Source of the DNA: a virus
Direction: 5' to 3' (one strand)
Virus record (IMG/VR): IMGVR_UViG_3300032070_000613
Coordinates: 64,001 to 128,000 of that record
DNA: 64,000 nt
The notes under the pieces are model-generated. The model worked only from the letters and a program-made list of their open reading frames with translations. It made no database searches and was not told where the DNA came from. Of the stretch, positions 1 to 10,763 are shown piece after piece; the stretch's first letter is position 1; each line of letters begins with the position of its first letter. Position numbers and translations under genes: made by a program.

Positions 1-17
1 CGGAGATCCTGTCTCAG

Positions 18-3000
18 ATGGGTAGTGGAGGACAGAGTAATGACAGCGGGGCCAATAATAATGCTGTGCAGAACTATGTGGGTGGACTGGCGGACCTGAA
101 TTATGCTCTACGTGATGAGCAGATAAAAAAGCAGCTCTATCTCAGATTTTATCAGTGGTATAAAGATCGATTACGGAATCTATCCGCGGAGCTCCAGCTC
201 ACTCTGGGATTCAAATTCGCTCATAGTAACTCTCTGGGTTTGAATAATGGTCAGTATACTTTGGACGATGAATATGTAGAGGATGAGGATTATACTCTCA
301 CTAAAGATGAGGATATTGATCAGATCAGTAATGGTTTCTCGGATTTTTTCCCGGTAGGGTATGATGGGACGGCCCCTAAATATTATGACAGGTTTGGGAG
401 GGAGTATCTCTCCTACAACTCTGTCTATTGCTGCAATATCAAACGTACTAATGCGGATCGATCTGTGTCTACTGTGGGTATGATAAAGTCTGAAAATCCT
501 TATTGGAATAGAGGTCTCGATTTCGTGGTATGGGATGATGCGTATGTCACTAAAAATCTGGTAGCTAATTATAGTGTAGATGTGCCCGCTGCGGACAGGA
601 CTTTTAGTAGTGGGACGTATACTTTCCTGAAGAGGGTATCTGTAGGGGATAAAGTACGCGTATCAAAATATAAGGATTATTATGAGATAGATCAGATAGT
701 GTCTCCTCCGGGAAAAAATTATGAATATCTGATCCTCAAGACAGCGTTCACGTCTGGGTTGAAGAAGAAAAAAAAGAAAAGGGGTATAAAGACTTTTGAT
801 GTGCATTTGGGGAGTGACGGTCAGTCGGTTATGAAAAACAGAGCGGGTACTCATATTTATTTTGATCAGCTGATGGATGCGCTCCCGCCTGATGGATTCA
901 GTATTTATGTGCAGCGGCAGGAAAAAGAGCCATTCCCTATGGCGGATGATTACGGCAGTCTGGGGGCCTCCGCGTATGGTGAGCAGATCGAGGGTCAGGT
1001 CACCAATACGCGCCGTATCAAAAAGCCTTTTTTGAAATTGCTACTCGCGTTGTTGTTCCCTCTATCAGATTCGATAGCGGAGGAGACCAAGAATTTTAAA
1101 ATTCAAGTGAAGAAAGACTCCGAGGGTCCCTGGGAGGATCTTGATCCTATCGATTTGAGTAAACTCAGTTTCAAAGAGGAACGCAATGTAGATGATGTTT
1201 TGGATAGTCTGCGATATGATTTTACAGAGATAGCATCCCTGCCTGGAAAAAAGTTCTATGATATCAAAGAAGATGAAACTAAAGGATTTCACCAGCAGTT
1301 TTATTTGAGTTTTGAGAAGATTTATGATGCGGATACCCCTGGTGGATATTTCGAGGGCATCGTGCTGCGGGCGAAAGACAGGGCATGGTGGTTTAGGATA
1401 GTGGATGGTGGTACTGAGGATATCATAGACAATTATGGGTTTGACTCCTCTAATGAGTACAGAAATTTTTATGATCCCGATAACATTTTCAAAAAAATGT
1501 TGAAGGAAAAACAGGCCTGGGAGACAGAGAGTCTCATAATAAAAGATCTCTATGACCATAGTGATAAATTAGCGCGTGCTTTTGATCAGGGAGACATGAA
1601 TCGGGCTAATAGTAGATATCAGGGATATCTCGCTAAACAGGACATTTCCACTCTTTTTACTACTACTTTCTCGGTCACCAAAGAGATATCAGGTATAATC
1701 TCCGATATTCTCACTACCGGTATAAATATTCCATCAGGCACGTTTGTCACTGTGAGCAGCACCGGTGGCACTCTACCAGTCCCTTTGAAAGAAGGCACCG
1801 TCTACTATGTGATAAATACGGGTGATAAAAAATGTAGACTGGCTACCGTGACGAGTAATAATCAGCAGGGGTCGGATGTCAATATCACTGCTGGGGGGAC
1901 TAAAGATAGCAGTAAAAAAACGGATACTGTACCATATTCGCTGAAAATGGACCAAGCTAATCCTGAGGGTATCTCTGATGTACTCACCGCCAGTATACCC
2001 GCCTATGAGCCGCAGCTGGGATTTTTGATAGATGGTCAGGGCCCCGTGTATAGGACTCTCTATCCTGATCTGGTCCACCCAGAGGATAGTGCCTCTCGGT
2101 CTATTGCTGCCACCTACCAGCAGACGAGTATGGCTCTCGGTATATATAGTGGTGCGTGGCAGAAAGAGCAGTTTTTCAAGAATCTCAATTATACGAATAA
2201 TAGTACATGGAAAAATGATTATATCCGGTGGGTGCTCGGTTTTTCTCCTGGTTTGATTTATCAAAAAGATGCCAAGCAGATGTATGAGCAGAATCTCGGA
2301 GTGATTACGGTAGGTTTAAAAGAGCTGCCCGCTTTGAGATTCAGACTGGTCCCTAGCACTGTTTTCTCGGTAGAGAACGCCACGCTGACGGTGTCCTGGG
2401 ACAATAGCGGCAAATATATACGAGTCATTTTTGATGTGGTCAATATAGCTGATCCATCTGATGTAGATATCGGTGTCTCTGTCGTGTTCAAGCTCTATGA
2501 CATAGTCTCAGTAAAAGGTATCGATACTCTCATATATAAAATGTTGGGAGAGGTCTGCGCTGATATTAATGCCTATAGATTTTATAAGTATAGTGGGGTG
2601 CCTTTATTTTCCTGTGAGGACATTTTTGCATATTACGAATACAATATCACTTCGAAAATGCTCGCTGTATACGGCATCCCGGTAGATGTCGCGACAGGGG
2701 CCGTTTTGAGTGTGACTACGGTGGAGGACCATCGTAGCTCAGACCCGAGAGTGTTGTTTCTCAATAAAGGTATAGAGGATAGGCTCTATACCCATGTGAT
2801 TCGTAACATACCGGCGTTTAATCTCGGATATACGGGGGATTACTATAGACAGAGTCTGGATGGTCCTGCTATACAGATCATCAATATAGCGCCTATGCCA
2901 AATATGTCCTATAGCGTAAATTTAGATGGAGCAGGTAAAAAGCAGTTGGTAATAAAGTATGGGGCTCCGTCACTGAATTTGTCGGCGGTGTTTCCTATTT

Positions 3001-6000
3001 ATAATGCATCGACTGACACCTACAAGACACTGAGTGAGCTGGCCCAGAGTATCAATGGATATCTTTATCGTACGTATAATATTTTTCGTGCCACTGTTTT
3101 GTATACTACTTATCCCGCGGCCAATCTATCCGCTGATTGTTTGTCTCTGTGTAATGATTTTATCCCGGCTACACTGTCAGCGGGGCATCTGACAAACATT
3201 GTGTATGTGCATGTACAGACCGGTCTGGATGATATCGACCCGGAGATCAATCAGGGTATTTACCGGGTGTTTTATGATACAGATGCCAGGAAAAAATTAG
3301 AGATACGATTCAATGAGATAATAGTAAATGGGTCTCGCATTGAGGAAACCCGTAATACCGGTGCTCGTTTCGTGATTGATTTTCAAAATCCCGATGGGAC
3401 TTTCAAAACTCTTACGAAGTTCTGTACTGATGTGTCAGTCACTGAATATAAACATACAAAATTATTTACGGCTACGCCTGCCCATACAGACAGTCCTGAG
3501 GCCACTCAGTATATAATCGTGGATAATACCGATCGATTCCTGGGGTTTGATAAATCTGATACTGTGTATATGGATACGTATACAGTGGATATCAATGACC
3601 CCGCGACAGCTCGGAGTGTGCTCAACACTCAAAATGCATATTTTTCTCATCCGATATATACCTCCAACGGTAATCCTAATAAATTACCCATAGACGGTAT
3701 ACCGGTGTCAGGTGAGTGGGACACTACTGTGAGTGAGCAGGTGCTCTCATTGAGCTGTAAAAACGGTACTACCTGGGAGGTGACTTTCAATGATTATGAG
3801 AGTGGCTCGAATAAAAGTTTCAAACCTACCCAGGAGATAATCAATCTGATAGATACTGCGCATAGTTTGACTGAGGGGCAGTTCCAGAGTATAGGTAATG
3901 TCGAGGACCGCCCTGTAGTAGCGATGATTAAAGAGCTCGTACTGAGGAGGATCCCCTACGCAGATGTTACTATAATATCAGAAATTTTTACCGTTGATAT
4001 ATCTACTGATGAGTTGTCGGTGGCATTGCCTGATTGGTCTGTAGGAGATGTGGTAAAATTTATTACGACGGGTACGTTACCTGATCCATTTGTCGTGAAT
4101 AATATTTATTATGTGATCAGCAAAACCGGTACTGGTAATAGTATCAAATTAAAAGTGTCATCTACATCTGGAGGGCCAGTAATAGACATAACGACTGTAG
4201 GGACAGGTATCCATACTGTTACGAGACAGTCTGTAAATGTACTGAAGATCAGTCTGAGGGAAAATGACACGATCAATAAACTGGCGGCGGCTATAAATAA
4301 CGCCAGATTTAATACTGATGGACAGGTAGATTCTGATCCTGATAAAGGCATCATCCAATATTTTACTGCGACCGTTTTGGGAGATACTGCCATCCAGGGA
4401 GAATATAAAAGCTATGAGCTCGCGGCTGAGTATTTGCCCATAATCAGGAGTTTCTCTGTGGTGAGCGCTACAGGGAGTACTTTTAAACAGAATTATCTCA
4501 TAGGATGGGAGATTGCTACTACCAATCTCACGGTAGATCAGACGGATGCTCTGACCATGTCCGCTAAAAGATACAGTCCAGGAGACACATATAAATTCAC
4601 GGTGAGCCCTCCTGATGTGGCATATACTGATACTCTGTTAAATAATCCTCAGGGATTCAGGAGGGACATCCTGGCTTTTGACGTGTACTGCTGGGACATC
4701 AGTGGCTATTTTGAGATAAAGGACAACTGGATTTATTTCAGGAGCGCCCTGGTAGGATATACCGCGGAATCCGACATGGGACAGCCTGATAAAACGATAG
4801 GGCATGGTATACCCCTGGCAGGGTCCGGACACGCGCTAGCCCCTGCGAATGAAAGTATAGGGGCTCTGGTCGCCAGGATGAATGCTGATAGTGTAGTGAA
4901 AAAGTATTTCTATGTGAAACTCAATTTTTCCAGATATCAGGATGCTACACAGAAAACGCTGCCGGAAAATCCTGGATTTTTTGAGTATGGCTATCTGCCT
5001 AATTATCATGTTACAGTGCCCCAGTCTCAGCTGGATAAGGTCATGCTCAGGAACGACTCCGTGATGACGCTGGGGCCGGGAGTAGGATATCAGTTTACTG
5101 CGTCGTCCTATGCTATAAATGACGCAGCGGACACGATGGATTTGTCGTGTAGCTGGCAATATAGCTATGAATATTCTAAAGAATATGTTTTGACATCAGC
5201 ATTACTGGATACTATATCTGAGCTGGTAGGAGTGATAAATACGGAGACAGCGCCGTATGTATCGACTTCTATTTTTGAGGCATATGTAGTGGGTACTCAC
5301 GGGTCTGATGCGAGTAATACTTTGATGACTGGTACTGGTGTCATAGAGGAAAAAGATGAACACTTCACAGCCAATGTATTTACAAATCAATTATCAGTAT
5401 CTAGAACGGACTGGGCTGTAAATGATGTCGTGAGATTCAGCTCTACATTTCTGCTGCCGACACCATTGGTAGCAGGCACTGATTATTATGTAGTGAGTAA
5501 AACAGGTACAGGTACGAGTATAAAGTTGAGAGTCTCTACTACATTTGGAGGGAGTCCTGTAGATATTCTCACTCCTGGAGCTGGTATCCATACTATCCAT
5601 AGGAGATACACCAATATCTACATAGCGACAGCAGTGAGTGCCATACAGATAAAAGTGAGGAATCTCACTGGAGTAAATTTCAGTATATCTAGCGCCAGTT
5701 TTAATAGGTCTCCAGCTAGGAATAGTCTCATTTTACGCTGCAGAATATCATATAATGATACTTCTTCTTTTCTAGGTCAGAATATTAATATGACTATGAA
5801 AGATCTGGCTCAGACCATATCTGATTTGAGGGGCTATACGGATTCGATCTTTCCTCCTTTATTCAGCTCCACCGTGATAAATGATATGTATCTCTATATG
5901 GGAGCTGATCGATTGTTGGATGTTGTTACTGGGACTATATCTCCGGGGACTGTGCTCTACGCCCACCTGAATGATCTCGTCGCTATGTATATGCTGAATA

Positions 6001-6644
6001 TGAATGCTCAGGCTAACTACACTGTGACGAATACTGTTTTTACAGCAGCATCCTATAAAAGATTTCACGAAACGCTACCCGCGGATAAAGATCTCCATAG
6101 CTGGATCGATAGCGTAATCATGGGGGACTATACGACAGGGATGGTCCAGATAGACATACTGCCTATAAAGGTAGAGGCCGTGGACTATGGACTGCTGGAG
6201 ATCATTCCTAAGACTCAGATGGTCACGGGTAATACGCCTGCGCATGGATATTTTGGTATACTGGGGGATATCCAGTGGATACAGATATCCGATCAGAATT
6301 TGCATGTACAGCTGAATTATATAAAGGAGAGGCTGGGGCAGCCCTGGAAGGATGCTCAGGGTAATGTACTCCTGGATAACTATACTCCAGAGAGATTTGA
6401 TACGCGCCCCGGCTATAATAATTTTTATGCGATTGATATGTCTAATTTTTTGGGGTATATGAAGACAGTGCGGTATAATCAGATCAAAAACAGTTTCGTC
6501 AATGAGGCCATAGTAAATAATAATTATTTCTGGCTGTACATGAAATTTCATAAGGAGTTCGGATGCGATCAGAGAGTGATAGCTCTGCAAAAACAGATAG
6601 CCTCAAAGAGCCAGGACCAGGAGACGATCGGGGATCTGGGCTGA
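18..6644 (+). CDS. Giant (>2200 aa) putative virion structural protein, probably 5'-truncated by the window edge
   Basis: The frame is open back to the window start (GAG ATC CTG TCT CAG ATG). It is beta-rich, has three copies of a ~75-aa module (F.V..D.L......W.V.DVV.F..T..LP.P.....YYV.SKTGTG.SIKL.VS.T.GG..DI.T.G.GIHT), and lies upstream of baseplate genes. Confidence 0.75.
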   Translation: MGSGGQSNDSGANNNAVQNYVGGLADLNYALRDEQIKKQLYLRFYQWYKDRLRNLSAELQLTLGFKFAHSNSLGLNNGQYTLDDEYVEDEDYTLTKDEDIDQISNGFSDFFPVGYDGTAPKYYDRFGREYLSYNSVYCCNIKRTNADRSVSTVGMIKSENPYWNRGLDFVVWDDAYVTKNLVANYSVDVPAADRTFSSGTYTFLKRVSVGDKVRVSKYKDYYEIDQIVSPPGKNYEYLILKTAFTSGLKKKKKKRGIKTFDVHLGSDGQSVMKNRAGTHIYFDQLMDALPPDGFSIYVQRQEKEPFPMADDYGSLGASAYGEQIEGQVTNTRRIKKPFLKLLLALLFPLSDSIAEETKNFKIQVKKDSEGPWEDLDPIDLSKLSFKEERNVDDVLDSLRYDFTEIASLPGKKFYDIKEDETKGFHQQFYLSFEKIYDADTPGGYFEGIVLRAKDRAWWFRIVDGGTEDIIDNYGFDSSNEYRNFYDPDNIFKKMLKEKQAWETESLIIKDLYDHSDKLARAFDQGDMNRANSRYQGYLAKQDISTLFTTTFSVTKEISGIISDILTTGINIPSGTFVTVSSTGGTLPVPLKEGTVYYVINTGDKKCRLATVTSNNQQGSDVNITAGGTKDSSKKTDTVPYSLKMDQANPEGISDVLTASIPAYEPQLGFLIDGQGPVYRTLYPDLVHPEDSASRSIAATYQQTSMALGIYSGAWQKEQFFKNLNYTNNSTWKNDYIRWVLGFSPGLIYQKDAKQMYEQNLGVITVGLKELPALRFRLVPSTVFSVENATLTVSWDNSGKYIRVIFDVVNIADPSDVDIGVSVVFKLYDIVSVKGIDTLIYKMLGEVCADINAYRFYKYSGVPLFSCEDIFAYYEYNITSKMLAVYGIPVDVATGAVLSVTTVEDHRSSDPRVLFLNKGIEDRLYTHVIRNIPAFNLGYTGDYYRQSLDGPAIQIINIAPMPNMSYSVNLDGAGKKQLVIKYGAPSLNLSAVFPIYNASTDTYKTLSELAQSINGYLYRTYNIFRATVLYTTYPAANLSADCLSLCNDFIPATLSAGHLTNIVYVHVQTGLDDIDPEINQGIYRVFYDTDARKKLEIRFNEIIVNGSRIEETRNTGARFVIDFQNPDGTFKTLTKFCTDVSVTEYKHTKLFTATPAHTDSPEATQYIIVDNTDRFLGFDKSDTVYMDTYTVDINDPATARSVLNTQNAYFSHPIYTSNGNPNKLPIDGIPVSGEWDTTVSEQVLSLSCKNGTTWEVTFNDYESGSNKSFKPTQEIINLIDTAHSLTEGQFQSIGNVEDRPVVAMIKELVLRRIPYADVTIISEIFTVDISTDELSVALPDWSVGDVVKFITTGTLPDPFVVNNIYYVISKTGTGNSIKLKVSSTSGGPVIDITTVGTGIHTVTRQSVNVLKISLRENDTINKLAAAINNARFNTDGQVDSDPDKGIIQYFTATVLGDTAIQGEYKSYELAAEYLPIIRSFSVVSATGSTFKQNYLIGWEIATTNLTVDQTDALTMSAKRYSPGDTYKFTVSPPDVAYTDTLLNNPQGFRRDILAFDVYCWDISGYFEIKDNWIYFRSALVGYTAESDMGQPDKTIGHGIPLAGSGHALAPANESIGALVARMNADSVVKKYFYVKLNFSRYQDATQKTLPENPGFFEYGYLPNYHVTVPQSQLDKVMLRNDSVMTLGPGVGYQFTASSYAINDAADTMDLSCSWQYSYEYSKEYVLTSALLDTISELVGVINTETAPYVSTSIFEAYVVGTHGSDASNTLMTGTGVIEEKDEHFTANVFTNQLSVSRTDWAVNDVVRFSSTFLLPTPLVAGTDYYVVSKTGTGTSIKLRVSTTFGGSPVDILTPGAGIHTIHRRYTNIYIATAVSAIQIKVRNLTGVNFSISSASFNRSPARNSLILRCRISYNDTSSFLGQNINMTMKDLAQTISDLRGYTDSIFPPLFSSTVINDMYLYMGADRLLDVVTGTISPGTVLYAHLNDLVAMYMLNMNAQANYTVTNTVFTAASYKRFHETLPADKDLHSWIDSVIMGDYTTGMVQIDILPIKVEAVDYGLLEIIPKTQMVTGNTPAHGYFGILGDIQWIQISDQNLHVQLNYIKERLGQPWKDAQGNVLLDNYTPERFDTRPGYNNFYAIDMSNFLGYMKTVRYNQIKNSFVNEAIVNNNYFWLYMKFHKEFGCDQRVIALQKQIASKSQDQETIGDLG
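3980..5605 (+). repeat. Two close copies (~3980-4225 and ~5360-5605) of a ~75-aa beta module; a more diverged third copy lies at ~1660-1900
   Basis: YYVISKTGTGNSIKLKVSSTSGGPVIDITTVGTGIHT vs YYVVSKTGTGTSIKLRVSTTFGGSPVDILTPGAGIHT; third copy GGTLPVPLKEGTVYYVINTG. Confidence 0.85.
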
Positions 6645-6805
6645 AAAGAGCCCCTGCCTGGCAGATAGTGGAGGCTGGAGAGAGTAATGGTTTTGCAAAA
6701 GAGTTTGCAGAGCCTATACTCATATTGATGGCCAGTCTGTTGAAAAAAGAAGTAGAGGCGATGGAGCAGCAAATAAAAAGGGAAAAACATGTCCGTGCGC
6801 GTTAA
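6563..6805 (+). CDS. Small hypothetical protein filling the gap between the giant ORF and the next gene; start uncertain
   Basis: Coding-like helical text (WQIVEAGESNGFAKEFAEPILILMASLLKKEVEAMEQQIKREK) spans the 144-nt gap. The called ATG overlaps the upstream gene by 82 nt. Confidence 0.45.
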   Translation: MRSESDSSAKTDSLKEPGPGDDRGSGLKRAPAWQIVEAGESNGFAKEFAEPILILMASLLKKEVEAMEQQIKREKHVRAR

Positions 6806-8534
6806 GTTTGATCTGATACCAGAGATAGTAAAGCCTAAACTGGATGGTTTAGATATCACTACTATCACTTTTTCTGATATGCTCCCCAACTCTACTCTGG
6901 CTAAAAAATCCGGGGTCCTGGCTACTAACAAAACGTCTCAGCCCAGCGGTCAGCAGCAAAAACAAAAAGGATATAAATGGGACAGCTGGTCCATGGACCT
7001 GAGCCTGTCTAATATGGCGGCTGCTGCAGAAGCTATAGAGATTTTCCTGCAGAAAGTAGATCAGCTGTCTAAAGTAATCACTCAGACTCTCAAAGTAATG
7101 CGGCTGCTCAGTGGTAATGTGAAATCCATAGCGATGTTTTTGAATTTCCTCATTAAAAAGGTAGCAGAGGCGCTGAAAACTTTTCTGAATTCTTTTTCAT
7201 CTACTGGCGTCTACATGAGTGTGGTGTGGCCGAGTATCGATCCTAAAGCCACTCCCAAATACACTATCCCGGTATATGGGGGATATCGAGAATTCATCAG
7301 CCGTGTGAATTTTGTTCTGACGAGCAGTAAGGATCCAGACGCCCCTAAATTTGATGATCCGAAAGATAAAGTGGGCGGTGTGATCCTAGCCATGATAGGT
7401 GGTGTCAGTGATCCCGAATTTCTTACGGACGCACTAGATAATTTCAGGAAATTGAGCCAATTTTTTGGATTTGCGTCTCCGCAGCCCTCCCCACCAAAAA
7501 ATTTAAAAGCTGTATCAGGATTTTACAAGAAGCCTACAGTATCTGAAAAGGTCATGGGAGTACAGCTGACCTGGAGTGCGCCGGATACCCCTGTGACTAA
7601 ATTCAGGATATATAAATCTACTACTACCAGGTCCAGAGCTAAAAATGCAAAAGAGGATGGTGAGGACATAGTAGTGAGAGTTTTTGGGGAAAAATTATGG
7701 GATGATCCCGCCGCGGAGTATGTGGAGATACCTCACATCTTCGGTAAATTTTATTTCAGATATACTGATTTCAAAGTAGAGAGTGGTAAGAAATATTATT
7801 ACAAAGTGTATAGTATGATGGGGGATAAATATTTTGAGACCAATCCCTCTAAAGAGGATATAAACAGTCCTGTAGCCAGCCCTATAGTATCATCCCAGCC
7901 CCGTAACTGTATATCTACGGATGAGTTGAAAAATTATACGACTCTGGGTATCAACGGGGAATTGCTGACACCATTCGATATGGAGGGAGACTGGCAGTCT
8001 GTCACTGTGCGTAGGCTGCTCGGTAAATCTCTGGATAGTATGTTCACGCAGATAGACGCTCTGGCGGACAAACTGACGGGACTGGTAAATACGGGCAGTA
8101 AGGCCATGACTGACTATCTCAAATATTATAGCGATAGAGTGGCATCTCTACTGGATTTAATATCGGAGTTTAGGACTATCGTGGAGAGGCTCTCCGCATA
8201 TAGTCTGCGTGGGACGTTCATGCTCCTCAGATTGAATATAGAAGAGGGAGGCATGAGACATTTCGTAGATAGATTCAATCAGGCCTGCCAGATAGATAAT
8301 ACTAAAGTGGATGATAAAAAAGGTCCCGCAGTGATTTCTAATAATTCAGGGATAGCCAAATATACTGAGAGAGGGATAATGCTCGGCGTGGTCCTTTTAA
8401 CAGGGATCCCCGTAGTCACTACAGCGAGACTCCTGGAGGAGGTATCCCCCAGTGAGGTAGATTCTCTGAAGAAAAATATTGAGAATACTGAGAAAGCGAT
8501 CACTACACTCATGAAGATGCTGGGACTGGGGTAA
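6789..8534 (+). CDS. Virion-module protein: central FN3-like domain flanked by two homologous helical regions
   Basis: FN3 signature PPKNLKA...VQLTWSAP...FRIYKS...YTDFKVESGKKYYYKVYS; duplicated motifs GGYREFISRV/GGMRHFVDRF and GGVILAMIG/LGVVLLTG. Confidence 0.7.
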   Translation: MSVRVKFDLIPEIVKPKLDGLDITTITFSDMLPNSTLAKKSGVLATNKTSQPSGQQQKQKGYKWDSWSMDLSLSNMAAAAEAIEIFLQKVDQLSKVITQTLKVMRLLSGNVKSIAMFLNFLIKKVAEALKTFLNSFSSTGVYMSVVWPSIDPKATPKYTIPVYGGYREFISRVNFVLTSSKDPDAPKFDDPKDKVGGVILAMIGGVSDPEFLTDALDNFRKLSQFFGFASPQPSPPKNLKAVSGFYKKPTVSEKVMGVQLTWSAPDTPVTKFRIYKSTTTRSRAKNAKEDGEDIVVRVFGEKLWDDPAAEYVEIPHIFGKFYFRYTDFKVESGKKYYYKVYSMMGDKYFETNPSKEDINSPVASPIVSSQPRNCISTDELKNYTTLGINGELLTPFDMEGDWQSVTVRRLLGKSLDSMFTQIDALADKLTGLVNTGSKAMTDYLKYYSDRVASLLDLISEFRTIVERLSAYSLRGTFMLLRLNIEEGGMRHFVDRFNQACQIDNTKVDDKKGPAVISNNSGIAKYTERGIMLGVVLLTGIPVVTTARLLEEVSPSEVDSLKKNIENTEKAITTLMKMLGLG

Positions 8535-8540
8535 AATTTT

Positions 8541-9983
8541 ATGATTGCAAATATAAAGAAAGATTCGGTACATGGTTTTCAATCCATAGGTGAACTGCAG
8601 CACCTGGTGGATCTGGCCTCTAATAATAAAGAGGAATTTGACTATACTCTCGATTATTTAAAAGCTAAAATGGCGAATCAGGCTGCTGCGATAAAATCAA
8701 AAAGAGAAAGTCTGATCACTTTTCTGAAGCAATACGATCTGGATCCAGGTATGTTCCCGATAATAGCTGACGTATATAGCGATGATATCTATCCGGATAC
8801 CACGGCTGAGCAGAATATAGGTACCGTAGAAGTAGAACAAGCCATGGGGGCTAAAAAATTTCCTAATAAATTTTTTGATATCCTGTATCAAAAATTGGCA
8901 GTCACAATACAGAACGGGATCAATAATCGTATAGATGAATTGAGAAAGATGAAACTCTATGCATCACAGCTGGAATATCAGTATGCTAAAATCACTAATC
9001 TGAAAAAGGACTATGCGGATATCCAGGAGGCTCATGGGGATGCCTATAGGGCAGTACGAAAAGATCTGGAGGATTTTTATTCTCTGTGGGATAACCTGGG
9101 ACATTTTAAATATATACTCACTATCGCGCCCGGATCATTCACGTCTAATGATAGAGCAAAAAGCCACGATAGTGCTGTGGCATACTACAGCACCTATTAT
9201 ATAGGGCAAAAGAAAACCATAAAAACTCAGTCAGATAAACTACAGGAAAATTTTGATGATGTCTCTAGATATGATGGAGTCGGTAGCACGGTACATCCCG
9301 AGAACATAGTGCCCGATTTATTGGCTATATCGAAATATTTCAGCGACCAGGGGGATGCCGTGTCCTCTGATAGTGTGCCGCAGCACTACGTGGATGCTCT
9401 GCAGGTAAAAAGCGCTGTAGTCGCTAAAGTGGATATTTTTTTGAAAACTATAACTACCTATACGACAGGAATCAAGAAGGCTCTGGATGCGTTATGCAGC
9501 ACGACGGGGCTGGGTAATAAAGAGTTGGAGAGTATTTATTCTAATGTCATTGAGATGGCCAGGTCGCCCGTGAATGCCCGTATATTGGATCCCTCTACTA
9601 CGAATGAGCTGGCTGCTAAAAATAAGACGGGACTGGATAAATTGGAGCAGGAAGTAAATAATTTTCAGTTTAATCTGCAGCGAGGTATAGAAAAACTGGA
9701 CGCTAATTTCCTCAAATTTCAAAAAAATGCCCTGATCACGATGGCTAGTATGATAGGTTTTCCAGTCACCTATATAAAAGATAGGGGTCAATCTCTGGAG
9801 GATACCGTACGGGAGAAGGTGAGGAGTCAGTATGGAAAGATACCTTTCTGCGACGAAGTGCTATATAGTGATGGTACGTTTGTTAAAAAGTCGGAGATAG
9901 ATCCAAAAACCGGCAAGAAGAAAACTGATGCTGATGCCAAAAGTTTATTGGAAAAGGCGCTGTTACAAGAGCCGCCTAAATAA
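8541..9983 (+). CDS. Hypothetical coiled-coil protein
   Basis: 480-aa helical ORF in an operon-like arrangement; no motif recognised. Confidence 0.65.
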   Translation: MIANIKKDSVHGFQSIGELQHLVDLASNNKEEFDYTLDYLKAKMANQAAAIKSKRESLITFLKQYDLDPGMFPIIADVYSDDIYPDTTAEQNIGTVEVEQAMGAKKFPNKFFDILYQKLAVTIQNGINNRIDELRKMKLYASQLEYQYAKITNLKKDYADIQEAHGDAYRAVRKDLEDFYSLWDNLGHFKYILTIAPGSFTSNDRAKSHDSAVAYYSTYYIGQKKTIKTQSDKLQENFDDVSRYDGVGSTVHPENIVPDLLAISKYFSDQGDAVSSDSVPQHYVDALQVKSAVVAKVDIFLKTITTYTTGIKKALDALCSTTGLGNKELESIYSNVIEMARSPVNARILDPSTTNELAAKNKTGLDKLEQEVNNFQFNLQRGIEKLDANFLKFQKNALITMASMIGFPVTYIKDRGQSLEDTVREKVRSQYGKIPFCDEVLYSDGTFVKKSEIDPKTGKKKTDADAKSLLEKALLQEPPK

Positions 9984-9988
9984 AATTC

Positions 9989-10002
9989 AATACTCTCTTA
10001 AT
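9989..10002 (+). promoter_or_regulatory. Putative phage late-promoter motif AATACTCTCTTAAT
   Basis: Intergenic, 14 nt before the gp25-like gene; similar motif at 31505, 33681 and 45557. Confidence 0.55.
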
Positions 10003-10016
10003 ATAGATGGCTTTAT

Positions 10017-10763
10017 ATGTCATACGATCCTAAATTACAGAATAAATGTGATCATAAAATAAACTGGGAGAGCTATCCGCTCGAGTCTGATCGGATCACA
10101 GTCAATTTAAAGTATCCGGTGTCCTCAGTCTATGGCCTGTCTCTGAGGATAAATAATGCTGTCATAGCGCCAAACAGATATACAGTAATATCATATAAAC
10201 AGGCACAGTCTCTAAATCCAGCGTCTAGTGTCAGAATGAGCTATAAAGTACCGGATTGGGAACCTCTGATAGAAGTAAACTATACTACCTACGCGAACAA
10301 CTGCCCTAAGTGTCTCGCAGTCAAATATGTCGATGACGTCATCTATACTCCCTCCGGGGATTTTCAAATGGCCCAGAAAGAATATCTTTTAATGCAGACG
10401 GTCGAGAAAGCTATCATCACTAAAATAGCCTCTAATCCTTTCCACGACTGGTATGGGACTGGGCTGCAGTCGCTGATAGGTACGAAGATAACAGACCTGA
10501 GTTTTATGAAAAATAAAATCATAGAGCAGGTGTCCGCCTCGATAGAAAAAATTAAAAATGTACAGAAACAACTCGTGGCCTCGAATAGGAAAGTGGATCC
10601 AGGGGAGCTTTTCGGGCAGCTTTTGAATGTCGATGTACAGCAGATGGATGATCCGACTATCATAATGGTGACCGTGGTGTTTACGTCACAAAGCAATAAA
10701 CAGATGGAATTCTCTCAACTGATAGACCTATCCTCTGTGAGAGAAAGGGTCGCATTCGCATGA
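10017..10763 (+). CDS. Baseplate wedge protein, gp25/GPW-like, with CxxC
   Basis: C-terminal LMQTVEKAIITKIASNPFHDWYGTGLQSLIG...VDVQQMDDPTIIMVTVVF resembles gp25; directly upstream of, and ATGA-coupled to, the baseplate J-like gene. Confidence 0.75.
   Translation: MSYDPKLQNKCDHKINWESYPLESDRITVNLKYPVSSVYGLSLRINNAVIAPNRYTVISYKQAQSLNPASSVRMSYKVPDWEPLIEVNYTTYANNCPKCLAVKYVDDVIYTPSGDFQMAQKEYLLMQTVEKAIITKIASNPFHDWYGTGLQSLIGTKITDLSFMKNKIIEQVSASIEKIKNVQKQLVASNRKVDPGELFGQLLNVDVQQMDDPTIIMVTVVFTSQSNKQMEFSQLIDLSSVRERVAFA

Noticed and set aside
755-1065. Poly-Lys run and a signal-peptide-like stretch (KKPFLKLLLALLFP) in the giant ORF
   Set aside because: They are internal and short, the frame is intact, and nothing else supports a function.
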